Source of the DNA: Camelus ferus
Lineage: Eukaryota
Direction: 5' to 3'
DNA: 64,000 bases
NCBI RefSeq assembly: GCF_009834535.1
Contig: NC_045696.1
Location: forward strand, 39,434,001-39,498,000
Part shown: positions 27,027 through 39,931 of the stretch, in pieces
Numbering within the stretch: position 1 is the stretch's first letter
How the letters are laid out: every line of letters starts with the position of its first letter
Program-made: the position numbers and the translations under genes
Notes under the pieces: model-generated
The model's database searches: none
What the model saw: only the letters and a program-made list of their open reading frames with translations
Told to the model about the DNA's origin: nothing

Positions 27027-28024
27027 TCATAGAAAGCTGAGAATCTTTTCAGACACTAGGTAATTCAAATTCATCCTATATATCTTTCATATTAGGAGAA
27101 ATTTCAAATATTGGGTATCTTATGTTACAGTCTATTTAGAAGTTTTTGGTTTTATAAATTGGTTAGTTTGTTCATTTGTCTTAAATTTTTGTTAAATAAA
27201 AATATGATTTCCTCATATAAGTATTCTTCTATACTGTATTAATTTCTATTAACATATTCACTTAATACTGATATTCTAACAGCCTTTTAATATATTATCA
27301 TAGATATAGGAAAAAAAGACTGTAGAAGTCATTGAAAATAAAATTTCTTGGAAAAATTTCAAAAGTGAATTCAAAACAATTAAATAGATCTTCAAAGGGT
27401 AAATAAAATCAAAATACAGAAAGAAGACATTCACTTTTTAAAAACAAACCAATAAAAGCACTATAACTAATCACGAAGTCATTGCCTTTGAGAAATACTA
27501 CCTTTAAAAAATAGCCTGGTCAATTAACTAAGATATCTGTTAGGAAATGAGAAAATCTTGGTTATTTGGTTTAGCTTCACCCTTAATGCTAGGACATTAA
27601 ACAAGCTATGTTAATCTTTCATACCTAGATGTCATTGGTAATATCTATGGCTATAGAATTCTCAAGGACATTGTAAGACTGACAAATTTAAGTACAAGTT
27701 TTTTTTTAAATATTGAGTAAAAAGTTATATAAAACAATTTGGTTTCTATCGTTAATTATTGAACGTTATATAAAAATTTCCAATGACTATCAAATGACGC
27801 TTAATTGCTCTTATTTAACAAATACTAAGAATCCCTCTTACTTCTTTTTCATCCCTCTAGTTTCTGCTGGGCATGTTTAAAATAACATCAAAGAAAGAAT
27901 ATATTGCTGTACTTTTTAATACTTTAAATATATACGCTAATTGTGTGCCTTAAGAATATCTTAGCATATTTTATATTCATAATATATCAATAATGGAAGG
28001 AAAAACAGGCAAAATTTTACAGAT

Positions 28025-28065
28025 AGCATAACTCTGATAGAAAACAGCATAACTCTGATAGAAAA
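28025..28065. repeat. 21-bp tandem duplication
   Basis: agcataactctgatagaaaa-c-agcataactctgatagaaaa. Confidence 0.9.
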
Positions 28066-28200
28066 AATTTTAAATGTGAGTAAGTTGTTAATGTTACTAT
28101 GTCATGCATGGGTTCCTCTGGTATGAAATTTAATTTACAATATAATAGCATTAAAAGTTCTTTAATAAATTATTTGATTAGGTCTCATCTTGTTTATTTT

Positions 28201-28283
28201 ATTTATTTTTTAATTTTTTAATTGAAGTACAGTCAGTTACAATGCGTCAGTTTCTGGTATATAGCACAGTGTCCTAGTCATGC
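28201..28283 (-). mobile_element. Very short camelid-type L1 3' end with TSD
   Basis: ttttttaattgaagtacagtcagttacaatgcgtcagtttctggtatatagcacagtgtcctagtcatgc is the reverse complement of the L1 terminus at 26945-27005; flanked by ctcatcttgtttatttt / ctcattttgcttatttt. Confidence 0.8.
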
Positions 28284-29692
28284 TCATTTTGCTTATTTTA
28301 AACCATAATATTTCTGCATTTTAAATATGAACAAATTCTATTTTTACACATATGTAGATACCAGCATAAGTAGAAATATAAATCTATATTTATAACTTTT
28401 AAAGATTTTTATTATCTCCAATAAACTACCCTGAGAGTTACTTTGTGGAAATTTAATGTCATTAGAGAATGAATCAACACATATTGCCACAAATTTTAGA
28501 AAATTAATCTGACACCCTAACACAGTCATGCCTTGCCAGTTACATCCAAAATTAGAAAAATAAAACATAGTAAGAGCAAAGGAAGAAGGAGATCATTGCA
28601 GACTAACATTGCTTGTTGTTTGTTTCAGCAGTTCAAAGCTACTGCCAGGACTTTAAGGATAAATATAAAAAGATAGTAATCTCCCAAGAATTTTTCAATA
28701 AATTTTTCTTGAATTTACCACAGAAAAGTTCTCCATTAAAGTCTAGGTGAAAAGTTGTCAGATAACATAATTAATTTTAAAATAGATATATTCAAGGCAC
28801 ACACAGTCACAAACACACATTTACTCCATTTGGGCCTTATCGAAAGATTAAAACTAACCTGATATTCCTTGGAGTCCCACATATCATCACTCTAACAAGT
28901 CAAAATCACCTCTGAGTGAGATTAACACTAGGTAAGAACAACAGTCTTAAAGGAAGCTATGTGCGTGACTAAGAGAGGACTATTACTAGGGGTTACAAGT
29001 TAATTTTTAAATAGATGCAGAAATGCACAGTATGATGGGAAGCTGAGTAAAAGAAATCTTCCTCTGATTCATCTTGACTCCTCAAATCATTCTCTATTCC
29101 CCCGAGTGATCTCAGAAGTGAGAAATGACTTGTCAAATGTGCACACCACAGGGAACGATGAGCCTCAGTTTTCCTGCAGGGCTCATTCACAAAAGTCAAG
29201 CAATGTTAAAAGAATTGCAAACTTAGTTCTAAAGGAGCACTGGTGCAGCCTGCTAGCAAGATGATGCCTCCAGTCTCCTAAGAGAGAGAAGTGCCATCCG
29301 GAGAAAAGGGAGGAGGATCATTCTAACCACCAGAATATTCGTAAATGGTTGCTGGATTTTGCCTTCCACAGAGGTTGGTGTGCATTGGATTGTCTCTTGC
29401 AAATGCCTGTTACTATTTTAAGTTCTTTTCTTTGAGTCAACATTTTTTGTTTTTATCAATTCTACAGGTAAGCAATTATGACTAGACTTTACGTAAAAGT
29501 GTATAGGGAAAAATGGTTCCAGAGACAAGATTTTAAATTGCCAGTGTAAAAATCCCACTGGGATGAGTTACTCTTGTCTTTTGTTATCCTTGTCATTTCC
29601 TCAATAGAGCTACATTTCCTAAATGGGCTTGATAAGTGGGAATTGCATCCCTAAGATTAACCTACAGCATTACAACAAACGTACAACCTATT

Positions 29693-29728
29693 TTAAGTGT
29701 CCAATGTGTCTTAAGTGTCCAATGTGTC
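29693..29728. repeat. Perfect 18-bp tandem duplication
   Basis: ttaagtgtccaatgtgtc x2. Confidence 0.9.
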
Positions 29729-31869
29729 AAACTGTTAATGAAGTGAAAATTCTTACAAATCAAATCATCATGAAATATAAACTCACATGAAACGTCCATT
29801 TTTTAAATCTAAATGTGGAGGGAAGTATTGGTTGGCAGACATTATTAAACTAAAAAATTCTTAGTTTATGTGTATGAGTACCAAATAGCTAAGATCCAAA
29901 GGCACTTTAAAATTACAGTGGAACTTTTTTTAAGTTGGCCACATCTGGTTAGGTTAAATTGTAATTAATTTAGGCAAGGGGCCCATTTAAACGATTTATG
30001 ATGCAATGTTCATATTATTTTGCAATGCTCTGCAGACCAAGTAAATTATGTCATCAATCTGACAGTATTCAGTGATTTTTCTTATTTTCTAATAAAGAAG
30101 ATTTACTAATTAGCCAGTTTACTATCACTCCTGTATTAACAAGAGTTGGGCTTCATCTGTAAGTACTTCATGTTTGCCACCACTGATCAGAAGTTTAGCA
30201 TTTTTATCTGCTAGCCCCTATCAATTCTGATTAGGAAGATTTCATTTCCTTCTTACTATTAGGTTCAAAACGAAATATAAAAGGTTCTTCTTGCCAAAAC
30301 ACTTTATAATCCATATTTGCAGAAGATATATTCTTGTGATGTTCTTAGATCAAATAAAATTTTATGCATCAAAAGTTTTGTGTGACTAAAGACTATTTTT
30401 AATTTTTAAAGAATTTTCTGTGGCAGTCTTCGGCAAGCAACTCCGCTCTTTTCCTTATAGAGTATAGATAGTATTTAAGAACTGTCTATTGCAAAACTTT
30501 CACAAATTCCTAAACCTACAAATAGCGTATAATTTACTCCATACCAATTTAGTAAAGTTTAACGTCTTCAGAGATACTGCATAATGAGTAGAAAATAAAG
30601 CGGAACTGCGGTGTCAACCCTAGGTGTCTGGCTGCACTCACTAGTTCAGTCAGTCCTTACTCATCCCATTGTAGGTCAGTGGTTTCATTTTATGCCTTTT
30701 ATGCCTAGACCCGTGGAGTTCCTTGAAAATAGTCAATATCTGAAACATCAAACTGTGAAAGCAAAGTGTCTATTATACACAATGCACTATGACAGCCACA
30801 AATTTGTTATTGTAACTGATTGTCTCCTTATTATAACTGATGGATTCTGAAGCAGTTATATTGCAGTCACCCACTCACGAAACTCCTCTTTCTCTCCCAT
30901 CCAGTCTCCATCTCTCTCTCTCTCTCTGTTTACGCACACAAACACATGACGTACAAACGCAGATGATAAGCATGTATTGAAATTTATTGCTAATATTCAG
31001 TCTAAAGTACTTGATTCAATGCAAGAAAGGAAAAAATAAGGAAAAGAAAAAATACAAAACAGAATGACATATATAAATATAAATATATCAACAAGTACAA
31101 TAAAAACATAAATGGATTAAAATGTCCTATTAAAAGATTGAAACTGTGGCCCATTCTCATAATCAACTACTATAGATATATGGCACTATTAGACTGTAGG
31201 ATTTAAAGAGGCAGAAGTGGAATCTGTTTCCTCATGGAGTTTACAAGGCTTTAGTTATTTTTTGAATCAAAGAATGGAGTACTGCCACCTTAGAAGAGCT
31301 TGATATATAAAAAGAAAATTACAATAAAAATATATTAAAATAAAAAGCAAAAGAAAGAAAATTAAAATTCAAATCATTTTCTTTGATCTTTTCCAATGTT
31401 TAGGGAAAAGCCTATGTTAGTCCATATAAAAGTCACTTCATATAACTACCATTTTGATATGGTTATTTTCTAAATATTGTCACATTTCCTTAAAGAAATA
31501 TGCCCCTCCATCACTGGCAACCCCACATGAAAATACTTGTATTGCCCTTAAAGATTTTTAAGTGTAAAAGTTTATTTTAAACACAAGACAAACACATCAT
31601 CAACAGTATTAGGTTTAAATTTATTTTCAAACAAACTAAAGAAGATATGCAAAGTAGATAACTCTATTCTAACCCTGCCCAAAGACAGTGATTTAACGAG
31701 GTGCCCTCTCACTTACCCTCAGTTTAGACCAAAAGCAAAACTGACAACTCAGGTGGAGAAGTGGTAAATGAGAAATGAAACTTGGCCCATGGTTTCATAG
31801 CAAAAAATACAGATTCAGAGGAGTTGAAGGTAGATGGAAGTGGCTAGTCTAGTTCTAACGAAAAAGATG

Positions 31870-32330
31870 TTCATGCAATGCAGACCTGACTTTCGCGTAT
31901 TAATAAGAAATAAAGAATTGGAAAAAAGTTCAATGCAGAACTGCATCACTTATTCAGTCTTTAGGATTTTAAATTATAGTAATTTCACTTATATAATTCA
32001 AACACATAAAAAATACTGCCAATAAATATGAAAATGTTTAGCATGATAAGTAATCAAAGACGGCCAAGTTAAAATAACAAAATATAATTTTACCTATTAA
32101 ATTGGCAAAGATTCAAACATTAAATACTGAGACTGATCAGGATTAGAGGTGTGGAGTGTAGGCAAGACTTCTTGAACTATTGATTGAGTGTAATTTGATT
32201 AAACTTTTTAGAGGATATTTTAAAACATGCATGCATGGAAAGAAATTCCATTTCTAGGATTTTTACCCTGGAATGTAATTATAGCCTCGATATTTTTTAT
32301 GCATTTTTATTGCAGCATTTTATTGCAAAA
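31870..32330 (+). mobile_element. Highly decayed L1M remnant
   Basis: gccaataaatatgaaaatgtt...taagtaatcaaaga...ttacctattaaattggcaaagatt...aattccatttctagga. Confidence 0.5.
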
Positions 32331-35174
32331 GTAACTGGTACATATTAAGAACTTGATAAGCAATGGTTGAGAAACAACTCCATTATAGAGATGAAGAAAA
32401 TAGTATTCAAAGAAATCAAATTTCACATAATTCTTAGTGGACTGACCCTAAAGTGAAACCTGATATCAGTTAAGCTCGGGCCTATGCAATTTCAAAGCTC
32501 CTGCTTTTTCCACGTCACCCTATTTTTTCTCTGATTTCTAGACTCTTTAATAGTTTCTGTTAATATCACAACCTTCCCTTGGTTTAGTTTATTCTCTCTC
32601 TATAATAATTTCTCAAGTTCAAACTGTATTTCTTATTTTTTCCAGTGCAAATATCTCAAAGCACCAAACCCCTTACCTATTCGTGGCTAACATCGCTTGA
32701 GGGAAGAGGAAGTCCATTTTACTGAAAAATACATTATTTTTTCAAAAGAAAAATGTTTTTTTGTAACATGTTTCCCATAGTCTCTTAAATTCCTTAACTG
32801 TGATCTATTAGAAATGGCATCGTCCATCTGACAGTCACTAAAAATATCTAGAAAATCAAATATATGCTGCGTGTAAGAAATGGACAATTATTTATTTTAC
32901 TCGCCCTCACACCCAACTCTGCACTAAAGGATAATAGCACCTATGACAGTGGCCCTAACAGGAAAACTTTTTTTTTTTTAACAAGCATATACGTGCTAAG
33001 AATCATAGTCTAATTTTCTTTATCCCTAAGATGTCCCAGATTTCTTATAATAAAACTACAGCAAAAAAAAGAAAAAGTAAATCCAATGCCAAAGTTCACA
33101 CTGTAGACTGTGTGCCTGTGAGCTATGCAGCCTAAACTGGTGCCAGAAGTTTAAAGTTTCACCATCTTTCTTATTAAATGCTATTTATTATGCCAAGAAG
33201 CTGCACTGGATCTGTGTGGAGAGGAGTCAGTAGCCAGCACTCCTGTCTTTCAGGAACTTCATTTACTCTCTTCAGAAGGCACATTTTAAAATAAATGACC
33301 TCCTAATTTTAATAGGGACTCCCAAATGTAGTTTTAAGAAACACAGTTTTGTCAAATTAGGAATATTACAAATTTCCCCAAACATATGGTAAAAACTCAA
33401 TTTAAATTGATTTTAAATAAGAAATAATATTTTCCAAGCAGCATTTTTAGGAGGGGGAGTCAAGAATGTTATGAAGTAAAATGATAATAAAGTTAATAAT
33501 AAATGGCCCATAATCAAGGAGAAAAGGAAATACAATTTTTAAGAATAAGAGAGCATGTTATTCAAGTATGAAATCTATTATTTATTTTTAACATCAAAGA
33601 ATTACCTCAGCTTGCTTTATTTAGAGAGTATATTGAAATGTTAACAATAGTTTTTTTTACGTAGTAGAACCAAGAACAAATTCACTTTTCATTTTAATTT
33701 ACTTTTCTTTACATTTTTATGACTATTTTACATTTCCTATAATGAATACATATTTTTAACTTTCAAATAAATGTCACATGTATCATAAAACACATATTAA
33801 TATTTCAGTATAGTTTTGCCTCTTCCTCTAAAGTCAAAATAGGAATTTTTAAAATATCATGTTCAGCTTTAAATTTAATATCCTGAACTTTGGGATGATT
33901 TAACTTTGGACAAAGCCTTATCAAATTAAAGGTCAATCAAATCACATTTGTTCTCATATTAAATGCAACAAGTCACCATTTGGTTCAAAGATTCCAATTT
34001 ATTTTTACTAAACTGACTTGCCCATTAAGTGAAATGTCAGTCTAGTTTGTGTATGTAGATGCAGTTTTTATCTTATTTTTAAATATTTCAACTTTTCAAT
34101 TAAGTGCAAATTAGAATTGGTTGGATAGGATAATAGTTGACTATGAGTCTTACCAATTTATTCCAAATGCTCTATTCTAAAACATTTGCAAATACCATAT
34201 TTCTGGGAAAAGTGCAAATATTTCCAGGTGAAAAGTTTCTAAAACAAAAGTAACGAACTTTTTATTTGAGCAGCTATATGAGGATGAATGTTGACTTTTA
34301 CTGTTTTCTTCTTTCACTTGGATTTACCTAGAAAGTTTTCTAGCTTCGAGGATGTCTGAAGATTATTTACTTAGCTCTCAAGGAAGGAGAACCACTGTCT
34401 TGACGTCAATTTTCCATTGTAACGGTACAGCTCTATTACCAAGAAAAATGCACAAGGAAGATGACTTGTGATAAATATCTACAATTCTTATGGCAATTAT
34501 GTTTTCAAATGCAGACTAAGAATGAAATCTATGTTTATTGAGTATTCACTTAGTACCAAGGAACTGTTAAGTGGCTCACATATATTCATTCTCACACTTA
34601 ATTTAATCTACACTCTAACCTGTGGGAAAAAACCTACCCAGTCCACCTTCCTTCCCTCTTTTTCCAGAGGGTCAGACCTCCATCTCAGTCTGAGGGTCTC
34701 TCCGCAACTTCTCTGCAAGTTCCATCTTGCAATAAATCTCTTGCCTACTCTTGTCTTAAGGTCTGCTTCTCTGCAAACTGGAACTAATACACAAAGGAAA
34801 ATTTTCTGAGGGTTCAAGAATTCTTCTGGGAAATACTTTCATTCAGACATATAAAAATGGAGCACACTATACAACGAAATAACAAGCATTTTGTGCATTT
34901 TCATTCTACTGAAGTCATATAGAAAGCGGGGAACTATGAAAGTGAGCCTCTGGAAAGCATCTTGATTAGCTGACTTAAAGAAAGTCCTCAATGACACCTT
35001 AGGTAGTAGGTAATAATTCTTAGTACTATAGTGATGAGTAATATCATAGCTATTATTAGAGTTTATCTACTCACACCTTTTTACTATTCCCAACCTTTCT
35101 CTCACTTCTCTGGAAAATTTAAATGAATAATGCCTCAAAATAATGGAGTAAAAATTATGGTGCGATGTAACAGG

Positions 35175-35350
35175 ACACATAAAGGCTTTAGAATCGGAAA
35201 AAATTGAGTTGGAAACCACAACAACAAATCACTTTGTAACGTCTGTGTGACCTTGGATGAGTTATTGACATCTTCTGCCTTGGCTTTCTAACATGTTAAA
35301 TGAGGATAACACTATTTTCCTTGGGGTTGTTGAAGTAGGTCATGCAAGTA
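35175..35350 (+). mobile_element. MIR SINE
   Basis: ggctttagaatc...ctgtgtgaccttggatgagttatt...taaatgaggataac...gggttgttg. Confidence 0.6.
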
Positions 35351-35526
35351 ATGTTTGTTTTGTTTTTATATTCTTTATTAATCCTACATGCATAAACACA
35401 AATGTATATTTTTAAACAAATTTTAATTTAAAGTAATTTCATTGTGAAGGCTTAAAATTTATCAAGTTGTTGTTAGAGTATACATACATAATATAAAATA
35501 CATATAATATTATATATTAGGCATTT

Positions 35527-35539
35527 TATATATATATAT

Positions 35540-35579
<40 letters not shown>
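35527..35579. repeat. Compound (TA)n(CA)n microsatellite
   Basis: tatatatatatatacata followed by a long CA run. Confidence 0.95.
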
Positions 35580-35581
<2 letters not shown>

Positions 35582-36829
35582 CTAAACATGCAGACCCATA
35601 GAGCCAGCATCCTCATTCATAGCTAATAAATTAATTTTAGCCCCTAGGCAGCAAGTTTTACCAATTATGTTTGAGAACTATTTTTATTCAAAGCATTATA
35701 AGGCATTTATTATTTAGCTCTAGCTGGTGCTATAACAGAAAACACCTTTAAAGGGATAAGATGACCAGTCCTTATCCCTGTGACTCTATGTATTTCCTTG
35801 GAAGCCTCTGTAAGAAAAGTTTTTCAGCTGGGTTAATTAACACGGATGTGCATATACCTATAACTCTATCAGAAATTATATATAAAGATGGAGGAAGGGA
35901 GCTAAGGATATACCAAGCCTCGGTTTTGCCCTGATGATTGGAGAAAACACTAGCTATAGGCAAGAAGTTCTCTCTTTGAAAATCAAAACCTTTCTTGACT
36001 TTGACATTTTTGATGACTTTAAGTGTAGAAAAATCTACAAATATAGATCTGTGAATGTTTAAAATGTTCCATCAGACAGACCCAAAATTCAAAATATCAC
36101 AAACATTTTATTTATATATCTATGTAAAAAAAAATAAGACATAGATATAATGTTCATCCCTCTTGCCTACAATTCTGGTGCCTCCAGCATTGCCCTCTGG
36201 AAAAATCAACTCTACTTGGAGGTGGGGGTGGGGGGAGGGGGGTTGGCGGAGGGACAAGTAAGGGAGTGGGAGATAGGAGACAGCAGCATCATTGTTGCTG
36301 ATTTGCCATTTATTTTAGGAAAAATTTCCTCCCCTGTGGTTGTTTGTTTTTTTGTTTTGTTTTTTTGTTTTTGTGTTTTATCTAGGATGACTAGCTAGCT
36401 GAGAACCTAAGTGGTTGGGAAGGATTCTCAGGGATTGTTAAAGCAAGCAGGTAAAGCCCTGGAGAAAAATTCGTGTTCTCTAACTGAGGTTCATCTCTGC
36501 CCTGTGAGGACACTGACCCAATGGGAGAGGGGAGAGACCTCATGGCCACTACCTGCTCTGTATCTCTCCACCATTGGGTAACCCTGCCAACAGCGGCTGC
36601 CATGAACGGATTGCTTCAGCCATTGAACCATCTTTAGGTAAATGCATGGCTTCCATCTTAACTCTAATTTTTTCTTTAGCCATTTCTGTTTTTTGTCCCT
36701 CTCTGCTTTCCATTAAGGTCAAAATGGCACTAATGTTTTTTGTTTTATGTTTTTATTGAATATGTTTCTTTAAATTCTATAGTGCTTTACAATTTTCAAA
36801 AGTTTCACACTCATGGTTTCATATATAAC

Positions 36830-37086
36830 TTTTTTTCTCCCCATCTCCTATATTGCCCCCCACTTCCCTTTCCCCACTAGTAACCACTAGTTTGTCCTCT
36901 ATATCTGTGAGTTTGCTTCTGGTTTTGTTCACTAGTTTGTTGTATTTTTTAGATTGCACATACAAATAATATTATACAGTATTTGTCTTTCTCTAGCTTA
37001 TTTTACTTAGCACAGTGCCTTCCATGTCCATCCATGTTGCTGCAAATGGCAAAATTTCATTCCTTTTGATGGCTGAGTAGTGTTCC

Positions 37087-37127
<41 letters not shown>

Positions 37128-37900
37128 CTCTCTCACATCTTTTTTTACTTATTCATCTGTTGATGGACACACAGGTTGCTTCCATACCTCAGCAATTGTA
37201 AATAATGTTGCTGTGAACATTGGGGTGCATGTATCTTTTCAAATTAGTGTTTTGGGTTTGGGCTTTTTTTTGGTGGGGGGGGTTTATACCCAGAAGTGGA
37301 ATTGCTGGGTTATATAGTAGTTCTATTTTTAGGTTTTTGAGAAGCCTCCATACTGTTTTTGACAGTGGCTGCACCAATTTACATTTCCACTAACAGTGTA
37401 CGAGGGTTCCCTTTTCTCCACATTTTCGCCAGTATTTGTTACTTGTGTTCTTTTTGATGATAGCCATTCTGACAGTGTGAGATGACAGTTCATTGTGATT
37501 GAGATTTTCATGTCCCTGATGATTCATAATGTTGAGCAGTTTTTCATGTGCCTGTTGGCCATCTGCTTTTCCTGTTTGGGAAAATGTCTATTTAGTTCTT
37601 CTCTTCATTGTTTAATTGGGTTGTTTGTTTTTTTGATGTGGAGTTGTATGAGCTGTTTATATATGTTGGCTATTAACCCCTTATTGGTCATATCATCTGC
37701 AGCTATCTTCTCCCATTCAGTAGGTTGTCTTTTAGTTTTGTTTATGGTTTCCTTTGCTGTGCAAAAGCTTTTAAGTTTCATTAGGTCTCATTTGCTTATG
37801 TTTGCTTTTGTTTCCTTTACTTTGGGAGATGGAGCCAAAAAAATATTTCTGTAATTTATGTCAAAGAGTGTTCTGCATATGTTTTCCTCTGTGAGTTTTA
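36830..37900 (-). mobile_element. LINE-1 3' portion (ORF2 end and 3'UTR)
   Basis: tccatccatgttgctgcaaatggcaaaatttcattc, gtggaattgctggg, tgatagccattctgacag, tttgctgtgcaaaagcttttaag; minus ORF 37189-37377 ([25 protein letters not shown]) resembles the L1 ORF2 C-terminus. Confidence 0.9.
37089..37125. repeat. (TG)n microsatellite inside L1
   Basis: Uninterrupted TG run. Confidence 0.95.
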
Positions 37901-38699
37901 ACATGTTTTTAAAATGAGTTTTTCATATGTTAAATTATTGGGTTTTTATTTTTCTTTCTTCACTACAAAACAGAAAATGAGAAGCAATGAGAAAATCCTC
38001 ATGGCCTTTAGAAATAATGTATTTAAAAATTTCAATGTAAAGATCTAGTTAAATTTAGACTCAGATTAGTTAAACGTAATGTGCCAAATTTCAAATGGAA
38101 ATTTGGTTCTTTGCATTTTTAAATTCATAACAACTGTTTATAATATTCTATTTAATACAGACACATCACAATGTGCATGATAGATAGAACTAAGGCTTAT
38201 TTATTTAATTTTTAATAGAATACAACACAAACATTTCTGTCAAAGGAACCATAAAATCATCCTCTTCAACCCACTCATTTTTCAAATAAGTAAATTAAGA
38301 GTCTTATTCAGAAGCAAATATCTTTCGTGTTTTTTAAAAAATCACTGAGCTTGCACACGTGGGTACAATTATAAATCTTGTTTAGATAGTGGTACTTTTC
38401 TGTTCCAGCTGGTAAGCAGCATTGCCCTGAGTGCCCACCTCTCATGGCCTTCTGTCACCTTCCCTAGGACTCCTGGGCCCTTCAATATCAAGCAACTATA
38501 GAGTTAACACTTTGTAAGCAGGAGCCTTTGGGAACCAGGCTCCTGCACTGACAGCAATGTCCTTTCAGAATGGTTGGTGCCCATGAGGATGTAGGTTGTT
38601 AAATAGTTTTGAGCTTCAACCCTGCATGTAGTCAATGACAGAAACTTAAATTTCCAGCTGTACCAGACGTTTGTTGGTTGAGCCAGCATCCATTCACAC

Positions 38700-39200
38700 A
38701 TTCTGCTCCCACCCCTGGGCACTCATCTTCCTGCTCCTGCCCACACAGCTTGTGTGTCTTGGTAAAAGGTGGTCCCACCCTCAGCCCCATGGAAAAGCCT
38801 TAATAGATTTCAGATCTTCAGTTCCTTCCAGCCCCAGGCCACAGTCACCATAGGCTGAGCATGTGACCAGCCAACCAGGCTATTCAGAATGCCGGGTCAG
38901 CACTGCTCTCTCCCCAACCAGGCTCTGTTGTTGAAAGCTGCAACCACCTTATTAACAGCAACAGGGCTAATCAGAATAAGATTAACTAGTGTGGTTGACA
39001 GTTAAGAGAAAAGACAGAAAAACAAAGCAACAAGAAAAAACAAAATTTAAAAACTGAGTTCTTACTGGCAATGGCTGAGCTGCTAGATCAAGCAACTCTG
39101 AAGGCCTCTCTACATCTGGGCTTTCCAGTTCCCCAAACCTAAGCCCGTTTGTTGTTTAAGCCTGTTTGAGTTGAGTTTTCTTTTACTTGAAACCTTAAAA
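38700..39200 (+). mobile_element. Old MaLR LTR remnant (MLT1J/K-like)
   Basis: gcatgtgaccag, tgagctgctagatcaagc...ctgaagg, tgtttaagcctgtttgagttgagttttcttttacttg. Confidence 0.5.
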
Positions 39201-39279
39201 GATCTCATATACTTTTGTTGTTTAAGCCCATTTGAGTTGGGTTTTCTTTGACTTGAAATCTTAGAAGAACTCATATACT
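39148..39279. repeat. Diverged 66-bp tandem duplication of the LTR end
   Basis: tttgttgtttaagcc...tttgagttg.gttttcttt.acttgaaa.ctta.aaga.ctcatatact occurs at 39148 and 39214. Confidence 0.85.
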
Positions 39280-39744
39280 CATACACTGGTCCCCCAGCAG
39301 TTTTGTCAAAATTCTCCAGTACAGCAGTTTAGTTAATTATACCACCAAGTTATAAAACAAAGTAGAATTGCCCAAAATGTGTTCCAAAGAGCACAAATTC
39401 CAAGAGAAGTTAACAGCTGTTATAGTCCTGGAGAGGAACAGCTTAACAAAGTCAAATAAAATAGACCTGGATCATTTAACAAAGAAGATTTGTAATATAC
39501 TCAAAATATAATTTTCATTTTTTATTCTCATCTAACACTTTTCAAATTTATTCATTAAGGCAGTTGCCCCCTGCCCCTTGCCTGAAGACCTGGGCAGGTC
39601 TATTGACTTTTCTACTTATCTTTTGGAAAGAGGTTAAATCTGCAAACATGGCCCTATTTCAGAAAATATAAGAACTTCTGTTCTTTCCTTCCCGTCACCA
39701 TTCACCTGCTCAACACCACCTCAGGGAAAGGTGGGGTGAGGCGA

Positions 39745-39931
39745 AGGTTGCCAGATTTAGCAGATAAAAATACAAGATATCTAGTTACATTTGAATTGCA
39801 GATGAATAGCAAATAATTTTTAATATAAGCATGTCCCAAATATTGAATGGGATATACTTATAATAAAAAATGTTCATTGTTCATCTGAAATTCAAATTTA
39901 ACTGAAGACCTTGCATTTTATCTAGCAATCC
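39745..39931. mobile_element. MER53 palindromic MITE
   Basis: aggttgccagatttagcagataaaaatacaag...tttgaatt / aattcaaatttaactg...cttgcattttatctagcaatcc: long internal inverted repeat. Confidence 0.8.

Noticed and set aside
28025..29728. Short direct repeats as a CRISPR-like array
   Set aside because: Only two adjacent copies each, with no spacers, in mammalian DNA.
37090..37854. Hydrophobic ORFs on the plus strand
   Set aside because: Antisense translations of an L1 and its TG microsatellite.
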